From positions 186,001 to 250,000 of the forward strand of contig NW_027191453.1 of NCBI RefSeq assembly GCF_011745625.1: DNA of 64,000 nucleotides, given 5' to 3'. How positions within the stretch are numbered: position 1 is the stretch's first letter; each line of letters starts with the position of its first letter. The stretch is from Cladosporium halotolerans (taxonomy: Eukaryota). Shown piece after piece: positions 12,831 to 23,861 of the stretch. A program made the translations under genes and the position numbers. The notes under the pieces are model-generated. The model was not told where the DNA came from. It did no database searches and saw only the letters and a program-made list of their open reading frames with translations.

Positions 12831-12980
12831 ATCAGATCAGACCACTGCACTTTCACGTGCGACGCCCGCATCAGATAAGATGCTCTCCAATCTCCGCGCG
12901 AGCTCCGATCGGCGACGCGACGACACAAGCGGTAAGGCGCAGCGAGGCGCGCAGGGCCAGGAACGCGTGTCGCGGCCAAT
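12831..12980 (+). promoter_or_regulatory. Candidate ERG3 regulatory module (SRE-like, E-box, GATA, CCAAT)
   Basis: ATCAGACCAC 12836-12845, TCACGTG 12853-12859, ATCAGATAA 12870-12878, and CCAAT at 12887 and 12976, about 0.6-0.75 kb upstream of the ERG3 ATG. Confidence 0.4.
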
Positions 12981-13587
12981 GGGCGCGGCGCGGAGGGGCG
13001 GGCGGGCGGGCAGGCGGTTTGCCACGTTGGGACCCTGCGTCTGCCGAAAGGCGAGCTCCACCCTGTAAATTGGAAAGTGGTTCGATGTTTTTTGCCCGCG
13101 ACCCCTGGGCCCGCGCCTGGCAGGGCTGGCTGGCTGCGGGCAGGCGCTGAGGCAGGCGGCGAGGCAGACCACCACACTGTCCATGCCGCCTGTCTTCTGC
13201 CGAGCGCCAGACCGTGCGGTTGCGACTTGCCGACCACGCCGCCGCCGTCGCTGTACTATATGCCCGCCGGCCTGCTGCTCTTCTCTCCTCTCTGCCCGCC
13301 GTCTGCACTCTTCCCGACTACACCTCTCTCCTCGACACTGCTCCTCTGCACGTCGTGCTGCTCGTGCGCGCTCTGACTTGACCTGCTGCACCGGGACGAG
13401 CTAGTGAGATTGCCCTGAGCTCGGATAAGAATCTCACCTTCCGGCCGTCGAAGGAGCGCACACGAAAGGACAGCTCCTTTTACCTCTGAACCCTACCTCT
13501 ACCTTTCTTACAACACACACATACACCTACCAAGCTACACACCGCCTCACCTCGCATTCGCGCCTCTCGCGCACCCAACCGCCAGCC

Positions 13588-14793
13588 ATGGACGTCGTCC
13601 TCGAGGTGGCCGACACCTTCATGTTCGACCGCATGTACGCCAGCCTTCTGCCCATCCAGTCCGCCTTCTCCGCCTTCGACCCCATCAGCACCCTCACCGC
13701 CGGCTTCAAGGCCTTTGAGAACTCCACCACATTCGACGATGCCACCCAGGCGATCGCCGTCGACCGCAGCGCCTGGCAGTTCGACCCGGCCAGCAAGTAC
13801 TTCAGCGTGCAACCCAGCGAGTACGCGTGGATGAGCAGGTGGGACAGGGACAATGCTTGGAGGCAGGCGATCAGTCTGTACATCCTCACATGGTGAGTCT
13901 TGCCGAAATTTTGAGAATCGGACAAGGACAATTGAAGCTGACAACATTCCTCCAGGCTCTTCGGCGCCTTGATCTATGCCACATTCGCCTCCCTCAGCTA
14001 CATCTTCGTCTTCGACAAGGCCACCTTCCAACACCCCAAATACCTCAAGAACCAGATGCGCCTTGAGATCAAGCAGACCCTCGAGGCCATCCCCATCATG
14101 GCCTTCTTCACAGTTCCCTTCTTCGTCGCCGAAGTCCGCGGCCACAGCTTCATCTACGACTCCGCCAGCAACCCCGACTTCTACCACCCGATCCTCAGCA
14201 TATTCGGCAGCGCCTGGAACTACCTCCAGTTCCCCGTCTTCCTCAGCTTCACCGACTTCGGCATCTACTGGATCCACCGTGCGCTGCACAGCAAGCTCCT
14301 CTACAAGCGCCTGCACAAGCCGCACCACAAGTGGATCATGCCGACGCCCTTCGCCAGCCACGCATTCCACCCGCTCGACGGCTTCGCGCAGTCCGTCCCC
14401 TACCACCTCTTCCCCTTCATCTTCCCGCTGCAGAAGTTCGCCTACATCGCCCTCTTCACCTTCATCCAGATCTGGACGGTCATGATCCACGACGGCGAGT
14501 ACGTCGCCAACTCGCCCATCATCAACGGCGCCGCCTGCCACACCATGCACCACCTGTACTTCAACTACAACTACGGCCAGTTCACGACGCTCTGGGACCG
14601 CCTCGGCGGCTCCTACCGCAAGCCCAACATCGAGCTCTTCATCAAGGAGACCAAGATGGCCGCCGCCGAGTGGAACAGGCAGGTCGTCGAGATGGAGAAG
14701 CTGCAGCAGGAGGTCGAGGGCAAGGACGACAGGACGTACGGCGGAGATATGGAGCCCGTCGGCGTTTACAGGGAGGCGAAGAAGGTGCAGTAA
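13588..14793 (+). CDS. ERG3: C-5 sterol desaturase (intron 13893-13955)
   Basis: [14 protein letters not shown] start; His boxes [24 protein letters not shown] and [40 protein letters not shown] intron restores the frame. Confidence 0.95.
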
Positions 14794-15481
14794 ACGCTCT
14801 TTCGTCTGCTGTGCTCCTCTTCGATCGACCGTTCGAGACTGATTTGACACGTCGTCGGTCGAACCGTCGACGTCGAGAAAAAATGCGTTGATTGTTTTTT
14901 TCGTGCCTTCCATCACGGCTGCTGCTCGTTGGCTAGATCTATTAATGAGAGGGGAGACTTGTTTCGGGAAGTGAGCGGAAGAAGCAAAAGGGACAAGAGA
15001 TCCCCTTGCGCCCTCATCATCAACGGCGTTATCACTTGGGACCACGGAGTCGGATGGGAATTGTGATTAGGGAGGCCGGGATCGACCGAGAATGCTCGTC
15101 TAGGATCTTAATAGAGGGCGTCTTTTTTTGTTTCCCGTACTTGGCCGTTTGGACGGCTTACGCCACGCACATATCTCTCAGAGGAGAAATCTTATCGTTC
15201 TTAATGCATCTCCCTCTTCTCTATCTTAGTCTCGTATGTTTTCTTGCGTGGTGTCAGTGAACTTCCCGCTCGTGCTAGAGGTGAGCCGCTTCAAGTCATC
15301 AATGTTGTGTATCGTATCGGCTCTGGAAGAAGGTCCACGTCACAGTATCTTCACTCCTCTGAAACGCAAGTTTTTGGAAATGTTCCCATTTTTCCTACAG
15401 AAGAAGGGCCCCGTCCCAGGCCGGCTTTCATGCAGACTTTCCGTCTCGCTAATGTCCATTCCAATCAGGCGCTCTCGTCGG

Positions 15482-15506
15482 CGCATCGCATCGCATCGCA
15501 TCGCAT
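15482..15506. repeat. (CGCAT)5 microsatellite
   Basis: Five perfect CGCAT units between the ERG3 and THO2 3' ends. Confidence 0.85.
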
Positions 15507-15906
15507 GAGTGGAGCCCCACGCAATTCCAAACAGAGTCCAAACCGTTCCGCGCGCCGTCGCTATGCCCTTTCAGAAGCAGAAAGCCCAAAAACACCAAAG
15601 AAAAAAAATATCTACCCAAAGAGAACCGTGCCGGGAAGGGTCCCCGGCGAGGGACAACGACCCGAGAGTCGCGTCCCCCTCCTACCCTCCCCATCGGCCA
15701 GCGGAAAGGTCCCGGGAGGGAAGAACACGACCCAAGAGCCGTGTTTTCCCTCCTAACCTTTCCGCCGGCCTCCGGCCTCAAAGAGAGAAAGAAAAGAAGA
15801 AAGAAAGAAAAAAGCAAGAACCCAGAAAACCCATTCCTCCAGCCCGATCCCCATCATCCCATGCACATCCCCATTCTCAAGAAATCAAAGTCGCAGCAGG
15901 GCACGC

Positions 15907-18900
15907 CTACCGCCCACTGCGCCTCCTCTTGGCGTCGAAGGCGCCCGGCAGCGGCGCGCTGTCCTCGTGACGCCGCTTGCGCCCGTCCATGCCCTGCTGT
16001 AGGGACTGCTGCTGGTGGGGCGGCGCGATGAGGTCGTCGCGCGGCGGGCCTCGGCCGCCGCGATTGTGGTCGTCGTCGCGCGGTGGGCCTCTGCCGCCTC
16101 CTCTGAACTCGCCGCCGCCGCGGCCTCCGCGCGCGGTCTGCCGTGGGGGCCCGCGCTCCCCCCACTCCGAGCCTGGCATGCTGTTGGGGTTGGGGCCAGG
16201 GCCGGGGCCGAAGGGGCCTTGAGGGTCGGGGAGGGGCGCGCGGCGCTCGCGAGGGCGGCGGGTGTCGTCGCCGCGGGCGGGGTTGGGGTCGCCGCGTGGG
16301 TCGTCCATTGCCGGGCGGCGCGGGTGGTCGTCGACGTCGGGTCTGCGCTCGCGGCTGGCGTGGCGGCTGCTGCGCTGCTGGCGCGGGTCGTCGTCGTAGC
16401 GGCGCGGGCGGTCGTCGCCTCCGCCACGGCCGGCAAAGAGGTCGGCGCGCGAGTCCGGGCGGCTGGGAGCGGCGTCGCGGCGGTCGGGTGGCGGCGGTGG
16501 GGGAGGAGGACCTGGAGGCCCAGACGGCGAGGGCCCGGTGTAGCTTGTGCTACGGGCGGCGCCGCGGAATTGCATGCTCTGCTGGGCCGGGGCCTGGGGG
16601 CCGTTGCCGGCGCCTTGGAGCGTGGCATTGATGTTTGCGCGCTGGCGGTCGCTGCGCTTGCGTTCGTTGACTGCTGGTCCGGAGGGTGGGCCAGAGGCAG
16701 GCGAGGGGCCCGTTGGTGTGCCAGATGGCGGTCTGCTTGATCTGGGACCTGAGGGCGGCGGGCCTGTTGGCGAAGCGAGGCTGCGCGAGCCGTTGCTTGG
16801 AGTCATGTTTGTCTGTACTGGCGGCGGCATGTCATGTGCGAATTTGGCCATGCGTGAGGGGTGCATTCCGCTGACCGGTCCGCCTTCAGCAGCTGGCGTC
16901 GAAGGCTGCGACGAACGATCCATAGACTCTGCGAACTCCTGGCGGCTGGAAGGCTCACGGGATGATCGCGGTCCAGGCGTTGCAGCAGGATGCTCACCTC
17001 TTGAGCCCATAGTCGACCCTGGTGCGGTGAAGTTGCGTCCACCTCTGCTTGCTGGCCCGTTCGGCGCTCTCGGTCCAGACGGAGTGTCGAAAGTCGGAGC
17101 GTTTGCCGGTGCATTCAGTCTGCCGTAAGAAGACTCATGCGAGCTGTCGCGGCTCGGTCTTCCACGGGTAGGCTCATTGGGCGGCTCTCTACCGCCTGCG
17201 CGAGATGCACGAGGGCCCGTTGGCGTGTCTTGCTCATGCCTCACTGCTTGCTCACGGGAAGATTCATATGGCTCGTGTCTGGCGCTGTATCTGCCATCAG
17301 GTCCGAGCGCTGAAGCTGGTGCTGTAGATTCCCATTCATCGTGCCGAGGGTCTCTATCACGCCTGCGCTCGCGGTCGCCTCTTGGGGGATCAGAGATCAA
17401 AGCCGCACGAGCGGGATTCAAGGTGGGCTCGGGGCCTGCGGCAGGAGATGACCTCGAGTCTTGCTGTTGCCCTGATGTCGCGTTGTCCGATCTGATCTGA
17501 TTGAGACGCTCTGGGTGTGGAGATCGAGTTGAGTGTCCCATGTTACGGTTGCGGCTGTCGGGTGGTCCATGAGGGCCTGGCATTTGTTGCGGTCCCAAAG
17601 GCTCGCGCCTTGGAGCAGCTCGTGTCTCCTCTCTAGATCCGTGAGAGCCGGGCATCTGCTGCGGCGGCAGAGGCTCACGCTTCGGCATAGTCCGAGGATC
17701 GTCTCGGACAGGCTGAGAGGCAGGCATCTGTTGAGGGCCCAGAGGTTCACGTCGCGGATTGCGAGGCTCACCTCGATCGTAACGAGCGTCGGACGGAGCT
17801 CCTCTGAAACTCTGGCGGTCTTCTCGGTCTCGATAAGATCTTAGCTGGCCATATGTGTCCCGCGAATCTTTCTCGGGGGTTCTTGCCCTGCTGTGGGTGC
17901 CTGGAGATCTGGACCTGTCGCGAGCAGACTTGGCTTCAGCTGGACGGTCAAGTCTACCGTACTGATCCTCGTCACGACCTCCTCGATTACCACGGCTGCT
18001 GGCGTGTCCAGGAAGCGGCTTGGGCGGGAGGGCACCACTGTCCGTGCGTGGCGCCGAAGAATTAGGGCGTGGAGGCAATTGACTCTCCGACCTAGGCTGA
18101 GCACCTCGTGTCGCCCCATTCGTAGGTGGGTGTCTAGAAGTGCCTGCAGGGCCTGGAGTTGACGGCTTGGAGTCGTTCCTTCGATCATGCCTGCCAGAAG
18201 TCCTGCCATTCACGGGCCTCGCGTGGTCGCCACGTTGATCTCCCCTTCTTGGCTCCGAGCTTTCCTGTGATGGCGGAGCATCGTCCATTTGTACATCTTT
18301 CTTTCCGTTGCTCGCCTTCTCGTCTTCAATTTCGCCGTCTTCCGCTCCTCCGGCTTTGTCGGAATCGCCGTTTACGGGCTTCAGTCCAGAAGGTTTGAAT
18401 TCGGCGGCGCCAGCATTCAGCTTTGGCGCCCCAGGATCAGGAGTCTCGGGCTTAGCAGATGTAGCCCTACTGCCACCTGCAGAGCCATCCTTCGTGATTT
18501 CGTTCAGCCTGAAGCTTTGCGGCATTACCCAGGACTTTTCGCGATTCTTCAGAGGGCCGCGCAGAGAAAGTGCGGCGAGCTTCAGATCATTACGTGTGTC
18601 GGTCTCCGAGAGTGTCTTGACGATTTCTGTAAGCTGAGTGCCTTGGTAGTTCAGAGCCGGGTAGACATCAACTATGGTCCGCAAAATGATGATGCTGTTG
18701 CGGATCTGCATGTAGTCGCCGGAGTTGAAGCAATTCTTCAGTGCTCCAGTCAAAGCAGTGTGCCATTTGGTCAACACCCACCGGAACTCCTCGTACGCGA
18801 CATGATTCCTCGGAGTACCATTGACCAAGTCAACGCTCTTAGCGAATCCATGTAATTGCTCTTGGCTGCCGAGCGCTTCCTTCTTGTAGATATCCTTGTC

Positions 18901-21900
18901 CGAGTGCCAGTGTGCGAGCAGCTTTAGAATCTCGAAGAGGAAACGACCAAGGGTTTCGGCTTCTCGTGCGGTGCATTGGTAGAAGGTTGCACTCAACCGT
19001 TCTTTGTGGAACAATTGATCAAACAGGGCAGACGTGCTAAAGCCGGGTGTCGCGTTGTTGTGCATGACTTTGATGATTTGAAGGCAGTAGTGGGCATCAA
19101 GAGCCGACATCATCGCGCGAGGCAAGAAGCACTCCTGCAGAAGAGAAAGATGTCTGGCCATCTTGCCTTCCCGATCCGAATTTGAGAGTAACGTGAACCA
19201 GTGTTTTTTCTGGGTGTTGAGCCACATCTTGACTTGGCTGTAGCCTCTGAAGCCGGTGATGCGCTCGTTCATCTCGGCTCTGAGGTTGTCGGCAATCTCA
19301 GTGACAGCCTTCCTCTTTCTTTCGCGCTCCTTGAGCCCGTTGGAGCTGAGATCCGAGCGATCTCCAGAAATCTGCTTCGCTTGCGCTTGTAGCTTCTCCA
19401 TTTCGGCTTGGTAAACCTCCATCGGTACGATAACATCTTGCGGCGCAAGTGTCCAGAATGTAACGTAGAATGGTACGCTCACGCGTGAAGCGAGTTCGGG
19501 CTCCAACTCTGAAATCCCATTCATGATGGGCTCCAGGACAGGGTGCCACGGGTTGGCGTCACCATTGGTCGCGGCAAACGAAGAAGGTTGCGGCGTCGGC
19601 GCGGGTGTTTGCGAGTCGTCCAAGGCGACAGAGCCCTCCTCGTTGGCCTTCTCATCCGGAGCCGCGCTATCGTGCTCTTGCGACGGACCGACTTCTTCAG
19701 CCGCTGCGTCTTTCATGGTGACGTCGTCATGGTTCTGGCTCTTGCTCCGGGTCCTGGCATTCTTCTGTTCTTCCTTCTTGGCAGCGTCAGCATCGGCCAT
19801 ACGACGCAGAATACCAGTGCGACAGATTGCAAACGCGGTACCAGGCTCCAAGCCGAATTTTCCAATGAGCGGAATGACATCTGGTACGACAGACTCGAAC
19901 TCTTCAGGAGAGAGGTTTGTCCGCAAAACGTCGAGATATTGTGCGAAGACTTGCTGAATCTTATCCAAATTTTTGCCGAGGACTTTCAGCGGCATATCCT
20001 GCGCGGCTTCGCGATTAGGGTACATCTGCCTCTCTTGTGCGATAGCGACAAGGACCTGTCCGACGAGTCGAGGTTCGGAAAGCGCTTTGATGAGGCGTTT
20101 CGCAGAAGAAGTCTTCATGTGGCGCTTGTCAGCGAGCTGCTGCACGATCTGGCTCTGTAGCAGCTCGCCGCCAGTCATGCCAAGCACTTGGGTATCGTTA
20201 AAGTTCATCTCAGACTTGACGCCAGCCGTTTCTGCGAGGATTGAATCGATGAGCTGAAGGTTCGTCGAGTCGCCTTTGCGCAGTTCATGTGCGACGTATT
20301 GCAAGATGGGAGAAGGATTGATGATCGGATAGCGAGTGAAGAGCGAGGCAACAAACAAGGACAAGGCCTGGAGCCATGGACTGGTAAGCATGCCGTCTGC
20401 CTGGATTCGATTGCGGCCTTGGCCATTAAGAGCGTTGATCAGGCACCAAGTCAGGACGTCGAAGGAGAGCAGAGAGAAATAGCGAACGCTTTCTACCAGA
20501 CCCGGAATCATGTTGCTGTAGCTTTCGAGCTGGTTGATGAATGTGTTGACCAAGATGGCGGGAGAACCGAATGAGACCTTCGCCAGAGCGCGGGCTTGCT
20601 TCTTGCCACTTTCGTTGGTAATGCGACGGAGCACATCTTTGGCCTCGGCCCGGTTGCGATCCAGCGCTGCCTTCATGTCAGGGGTGCGAGACGTCTTCCC
20701 AGTGAACCATTCAGCGTAAATGTTGAAGCGTGTCGTAATTGGGAAAAGCTTGAGGAGCTCCCAGACTTCGTCTGACACCGCTGGATTGTGATCGGTCAAG
20801 CTGAGGGCAGGCACTAGCATCCGCTTCATCAGGTCAAGCCAGCGCGTGCGATTGGAGTTGGAGGTGTCCTCGATTATACTGCGCTTCGCGAGTCGTAGAA
20901 GAGTGGTGATGATCAACGGATCCTGACCAACCTTGACTCCGAGGAAGCCGAGGAAAGTGTTGCAAAGTAGAAATGCGTCTTCTGTAGTTTGGCAGATCGG
21001 AATGTTGTCGTCCCAATCCTGATAATAGTGCAGATGCTCAACACCCTCACCATCGTCGGGCTCATCGAGACCTAGCCACCTGCGAGTGCGGGTCTTTGAC
21101 CGAGATGAGAGACCAAGCGAGCCATCTTCGGCGGGTGTCGTGTCTGAAACTTGATTCTTGGTATCCGAGAGCCCTGTTCGACCCTGCATTGGCTTCGTAG
21201 AGTCCGACATCTTGCTCAGCATCTTCCTCGCGATCCGATGCAAGTACGGTGGGAGAGTGGTGTCCACCTCGACCAGCCAGGGAAACTTGCCCAGGATGAA
21301 TAGCGCGTCGGGCAGAGCACCAATGGCCAGCAAGGCCTTCAGTAACAAGATCTTCTGATTAGTTGGCTCAGGGAGCTGCTCCTTCTTCTCGTCTTCTTCC
21401 TTCTTGTCGGGTTTTGGTGAGCTGCCGCCACTGCGCGCGGCGTCGCCGCGAAGATTGCGGACCGCAGGTACAGTGTCATCGGCGAGCGCACCAGCCGCGG
21501 AGAGAGCATTCATACCACCACCAGGACGTTCGCTGCGCTCTTTCTCAGCTTTTTCTTTTTCCAGGCGACCCCGCTCAGATGCCATAGCCTCATCCGACGG
21601 ATATAGGTGCGAGTAGAGATCTCTCAGAGAGATGAAGCCGATCTTGATGAGCAAGGCTGCGAGATAAATGAGGTTGTCCGGAAGGTTATCGTTTACGTCT
21701 CTGGCTTCCGAAGCATAGAAACGTAACTTGAAGCCGAGGAGTTGTGCGGCGTCCGGGTTGCCTGGAGGTGGCAGAAGGCGCGTCTCCCTCATGTACTTGC
21801 GATTCTCATTGATCCGCTTTCGCTGGTCTGCGTTGATTTCATTGCCTTTCGCGTCGAACTGTGGCAGTACTTCAGCCTCCAGAAGTGGGAGTGTGCCTTC

Positions 21901-23163
21901 GTAGTCGCTCAGCTTTCGAGCGCCTAGCTCAAAGAAAGCATCTATTCCGACATCCCGAACTCGATCCCAGAACTGCAAATCTCTTGCGAGTCGGAGCTCT
22001 GCTAGCTCTGCCTTGTCTTGTTCGGAGGTCAGCCATTTCCCTGAGTCAGGCACCGCCCAGGATGGTAGCGCTCCAAAGCCTTGATCGTCAAACTTCACAT
22101 CGTCGAGGACGACCTTCTGCGGCCACCAAGAGCTGCGCCTGTAGAATTTGACGAAAAAGCGGAATGACTTGACAAGCAAGCTGGCGCTGATGTCGAGGGT
22201 GATGTCCAGAACACGGCCGACGTCAAGGTCAAAAGCTCCCACCAGAGCCATGGTTCTAAAGTAAGCGTCTTTGGCCATTTCCGCATCATCAGAGTGAGCT
22301 GATTCGGTGGCGGCGTTGTAGTAGTCCGTGAGTAGCTTTGCATAGCCTTCCGTCTCCTCGCGAAGCAAGTTGAAGTTGGCCTGGCGGTAGAGCTGGTTGG
22401 TGGTCTTGCGAGCACGCATCCGCTCAAAAGTGCTGCGCACCAGGCCAAGCGACGTGAGTAACTGCACGTCAAGCTGTTGACGGATGACTTCCGCGTCGAT
22501 AGCTGTGGCTGCGACCAGCTGGCTGAGAGCAGGGTCCTTTGCGTCTGCCTCACCCAAGAACGAGATCAGGTCTAGGAAATGTGACTCGACCTCTGAAGCG
22601 TCACCGGATTGCGCAATGATCTCTTTCACAGCAGCACCAGAGACTGTCGCATCGAGTTTCCCATCCAGACCGGCTCTGATTAGCTCCTGTAGAATAAAGC
22701 TGAGCGTCATGAGGTCTCCTGTTTTCGCGGCCTCAAGTGTAGCGTCTCTACCAGCATCTTGCCAGGTCGCAGCTACCTCATCGGTAATGTAGTCGTATGC
22801 ATAAAGTGCTGGAGGTCCTTTAGGCTCAGGCTCTTGCTGTGGTGTGGTAGGCGCGGCCGCTTTCGGCACGGGTGTTGAAGGCCTCGAGGCTTCAGCAGCG
22901 GCAGGTGTGTGGTTTGGTTGTGTGCTTTGCGGTGATCCTCGACCAGGCGTCGCGGGCGCAGCATTACTGCTAGATGCGGGGCTCGAGGGTGACTGTCCAC
23001 CATGTCTGCTTGATCTGCGCCCGCCGCGGCCTCTTGCGCTCTGATGTTGGGTCTGCTGTGCGAGATTCAAGTTCTCGGGTCGATGGGGTGACGGCCTGCT
23101 TGCACCATCTTCTTGGGAGTGCTGCCGCTCCGGTCGCTTGCGCTTACTGCTGCCGGGAGCCAT
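15907..23163 (-). CDS. THO2: THO complex subunit 2 (about 2418 aa, apparently intronless)
   Basis: LYRQANFNLLREETEGYAKL, GAFDLDVGRVLDI, AAQLLGFKL, QLESYSNMI..FDVLTWCL, FLPRAMMSALDA and DYMQIRNSIIIL are Tho2 hallmarks. Likely start MAPGSSKRKR at 23163, with an RGG-rich low-complexity tail. Confidence 0.95.
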   Translation of the reverse strand: MAPGSSKRKRPERQHSQEDGASRPSPHRPENLNLAQQTQHQSARGRGGRRSSRHGGQSPSSPASSSNAAPATPGRGSPQSTQPNHTPAAAEASRPSTPVPKAAAPTTPQQEPEPKGPPALYAYDYITDEVAATWQDAGRDATLEAAKTGDLMTLSFILQELIRAGLDGKLDATVSGAAVKEIIAQSGDASEVESHFLDLISFLGEADAKDPALSQLVAATAIDAEVIRQQLDVQLLTSLGLVRSTFERMRARKTTNQLYRQANFNLLREETEGYAKLLTDYYNAATESAHSDDAEMAKDAYFRTMALVGAFDLDVGRVLDITLDISASLLVKSFRFFVKFYRRSSWWPQKVVLDDVKFDDQGFGALPSWAVPDSGKWLTSEQDKAELAELRLARDLQFWDRVRDVGIDAFFELGARKLSDYEGTLPLLEAEVLPQFDAKGNEINADQRKRINENRKYMRETRLLPPPGNPDAAQLLGFKLRFYASEARDVNDNLPDNLIYLAALLIKIGFISLRDLYSHLYPSDEAMASERGRLEKEKAEKERSERPGGGMNALSAAGALADDTVPAVRNLRGDAARSGGSSPKPDKKEEDEKKEQLPEPTNQKILLLKALLAIGALPDALFILGKFPWLVEVDTTLPPYLHRIARKMLSKMSDSTKPMQGRTGLSDTKNQVSDTTPAEDGSLGLSSRSKTRTRRWLGLDEPDDGEGVEHLHYYQDWDDNIPICQTTEDAFLLCNTFLGFLGVKVGQDPLIITTLLRLAKRSIIEDTSNSNRTRWLDLMKRMLVPALSLTDHNPAVSDEVWELLKLFPITTRFNIYAEWFTGKTSRTPDMKAALDRNRAEAKDVLRRITNESGKKQARALAKVSFGSPAILVNTFINQLESYSNMIPGLVESVRYFSLLSFDVLTWCLINALNGQGRNRIQADGMLTSPWLQALSLFVASLFTRYPIINPSPILQYVAHELRKGDSTNLQLIDSILAETAGVKSEMNFNDTQVLGMTGGELLQSQIVQQLADKRHMKTSSAKRLIKALSEPRLVGQVLVAIAQERQMYPNREAAQDMPLKVLGKNLDKIQQVFAQYLDVLRTNLSPEEFESVVPDVIPLIGKFGLEPGTAFAICRTGILRRMADADAAKKEEQKNARTRSKSQNHDDVTMKDAAAEEVGPSQEHDSAAPDEKANEEGSVALDDSQTPAPTPQPSSFAATNGDANPWHPVLEPIMNGISELEPELASRVSVPFYVTFWTLAPQDVIVPMEVYQAEMEKLQAQAKQISGDRSDLSSNGLKERERKRKAVTEIADNLRAEMNERITGFRGYSQVKMWLNTQKKHWFTLLSNSDREGKMARHLSLLQECFLPRAMMSALDAHYCLQIIKVMHNNATPGFSTSALFDQLFHKERLSATFYQCTAREAETLGRFLFEILKLLAHWHSDKDIYKKEALGSQEQLHGFAKSVDLVNGTPRNHVAYEEFRWVLTKWHTALTGALKNCFNSGDYMQIRNSIIILRTIVDVYPALNYQGTQLTEIVKTLSETDTRNDLKLAALSLRGPLKNREKSWVMPQSFRLNEITKDGSAGGSRATSAKPETPDPGAPKLNAGAAEFKPSGLKPVNGDSDKAGGAEDGEIEDEKASNGKKDVQMDDAPPSQESSEPRRGDQRGDHARPVNGRTSGRHDRRNDSKPSTPGPAGTSRHPPTNGATRGAQPRSESQLPPRPNSSAPRTDSGALPPKPLPGHASSRGNRGGRDEDQYGRLDRPAEAKSARDRSRSPGTHSRARTPEKDSRDTYGQLRSYRDREDRQSFRGAPSDARYDRGEPRNPRREPLGPQQMPASQPVRDDPRTMPKREPLPPQQMPGSHGSREETRAAPRREPLGPQQMPGPHGPPDSRNRNMGHSTRSPHPERLNQIRSDNATSGQQQDSRSSPAAGPEPTLNPARAALISDPPRGDRERRRDRDPRHDEWESTAPASALGPDGRYSARHEPYESSREQAVRHEQDTPTGPRASRAGGREPPNEPTRGRPSRDSSHESSYGRLNAPANAPTFDTPSGPRAPNGPASRGGRNFTAPGSTMGSRGEHPAATPGPRSSREPSSRQEFAESMDRSSQPSTPAAEGGPVSGMHPSRMAKFAHDMPPPVQTNMTPSNGSRSLASPTGPPPSGPRSSRPPSGTPTGPSPASGPPSGPAVNERKRSDRQRANINATLQGAGNGPQAPAQQSMQFRGAARSTSYTGPSPSGPPGPPPPPPPPDRRDAAPSRPDSRADLFAGRGGGDDRPRRYDDDPRQQRSSRHASRERRPDVDDHPRRPAMDDPRGDPNPARGDDTRRPRERRAPLPDPQGPFGPGPGPNPNSMPGSEWGERGPPRQTARGGRGGGEFRGGGRGPPRDDDHNRGGRGPPRDDLIAPPHQQQSLQQGMDGRKRRHEDSAPLPGAFDAKRRRSGR

Positions 23164-23861
23164 GGCAGGCGAAGCGTGTGAAAGAGCGACGAGCTGGCGA
23201 CGCAATGTGCGCCGTAGCTATCATGCGCCGGCCTTAGTTATGAGCGGAGCTTGATGTCGATCGCCGGTTGTTGCTTGTCGTATGCGCTGTGCTTGGGAGT
23301 TTCTTGGGATGTGTTTCTGGTTGTGTTTCGGGAGAGAAGGGTTGTCGGTTGCGATGGCGGTTGCGATGTCGTGGGTGGAGGTTTGTGGGTGATGCGCGGC
23401 AAGCGGACGCGTTTGAGAATGTTACAATGTCGTGAGCCGCTTGAAAGTCGGCAAGCGGCGGCGGCGGCGGCGTCGGGCGTTTGCGCCAAGCATACAACAG
23501 CTCAAGCTGAAGTGAATGAAGACTCCATGGAACGGTACTCTAACTACAACACAAAAACGTGCAGTGAACGTCTGTTGGCAACGCCAGTCTGACTCAGAGC
23601 CGACTATTCAGGTCGTTATCAAGGAGGACACCCCTGTCAATTCTAGTGGCACGGTCTCTTTCTAGTGAATGAAAGGCGCCTCTCCAAGAGCGCACCGCTC
23701 CTTGTCAAAGTGAATGATTATCTACGCGCACGAAGGATTGCAGGTTCCAGCATAAACCTGGGTGGCACAAGGCGAAAACAGACATGTTGTGAGGAAGTGA
23801 CTTGAGGGCGAGATATTTCTTCTAACGTAGAGAGGTCGCAGATCGACGAGGTGCGATTCTT

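Noticed and set aside
13480..15045. 521-aa minus-strand ORF
   Set aside because: Antisense shadow of ERG3, caused by its strong C/G third-position bias; no independent protein features.
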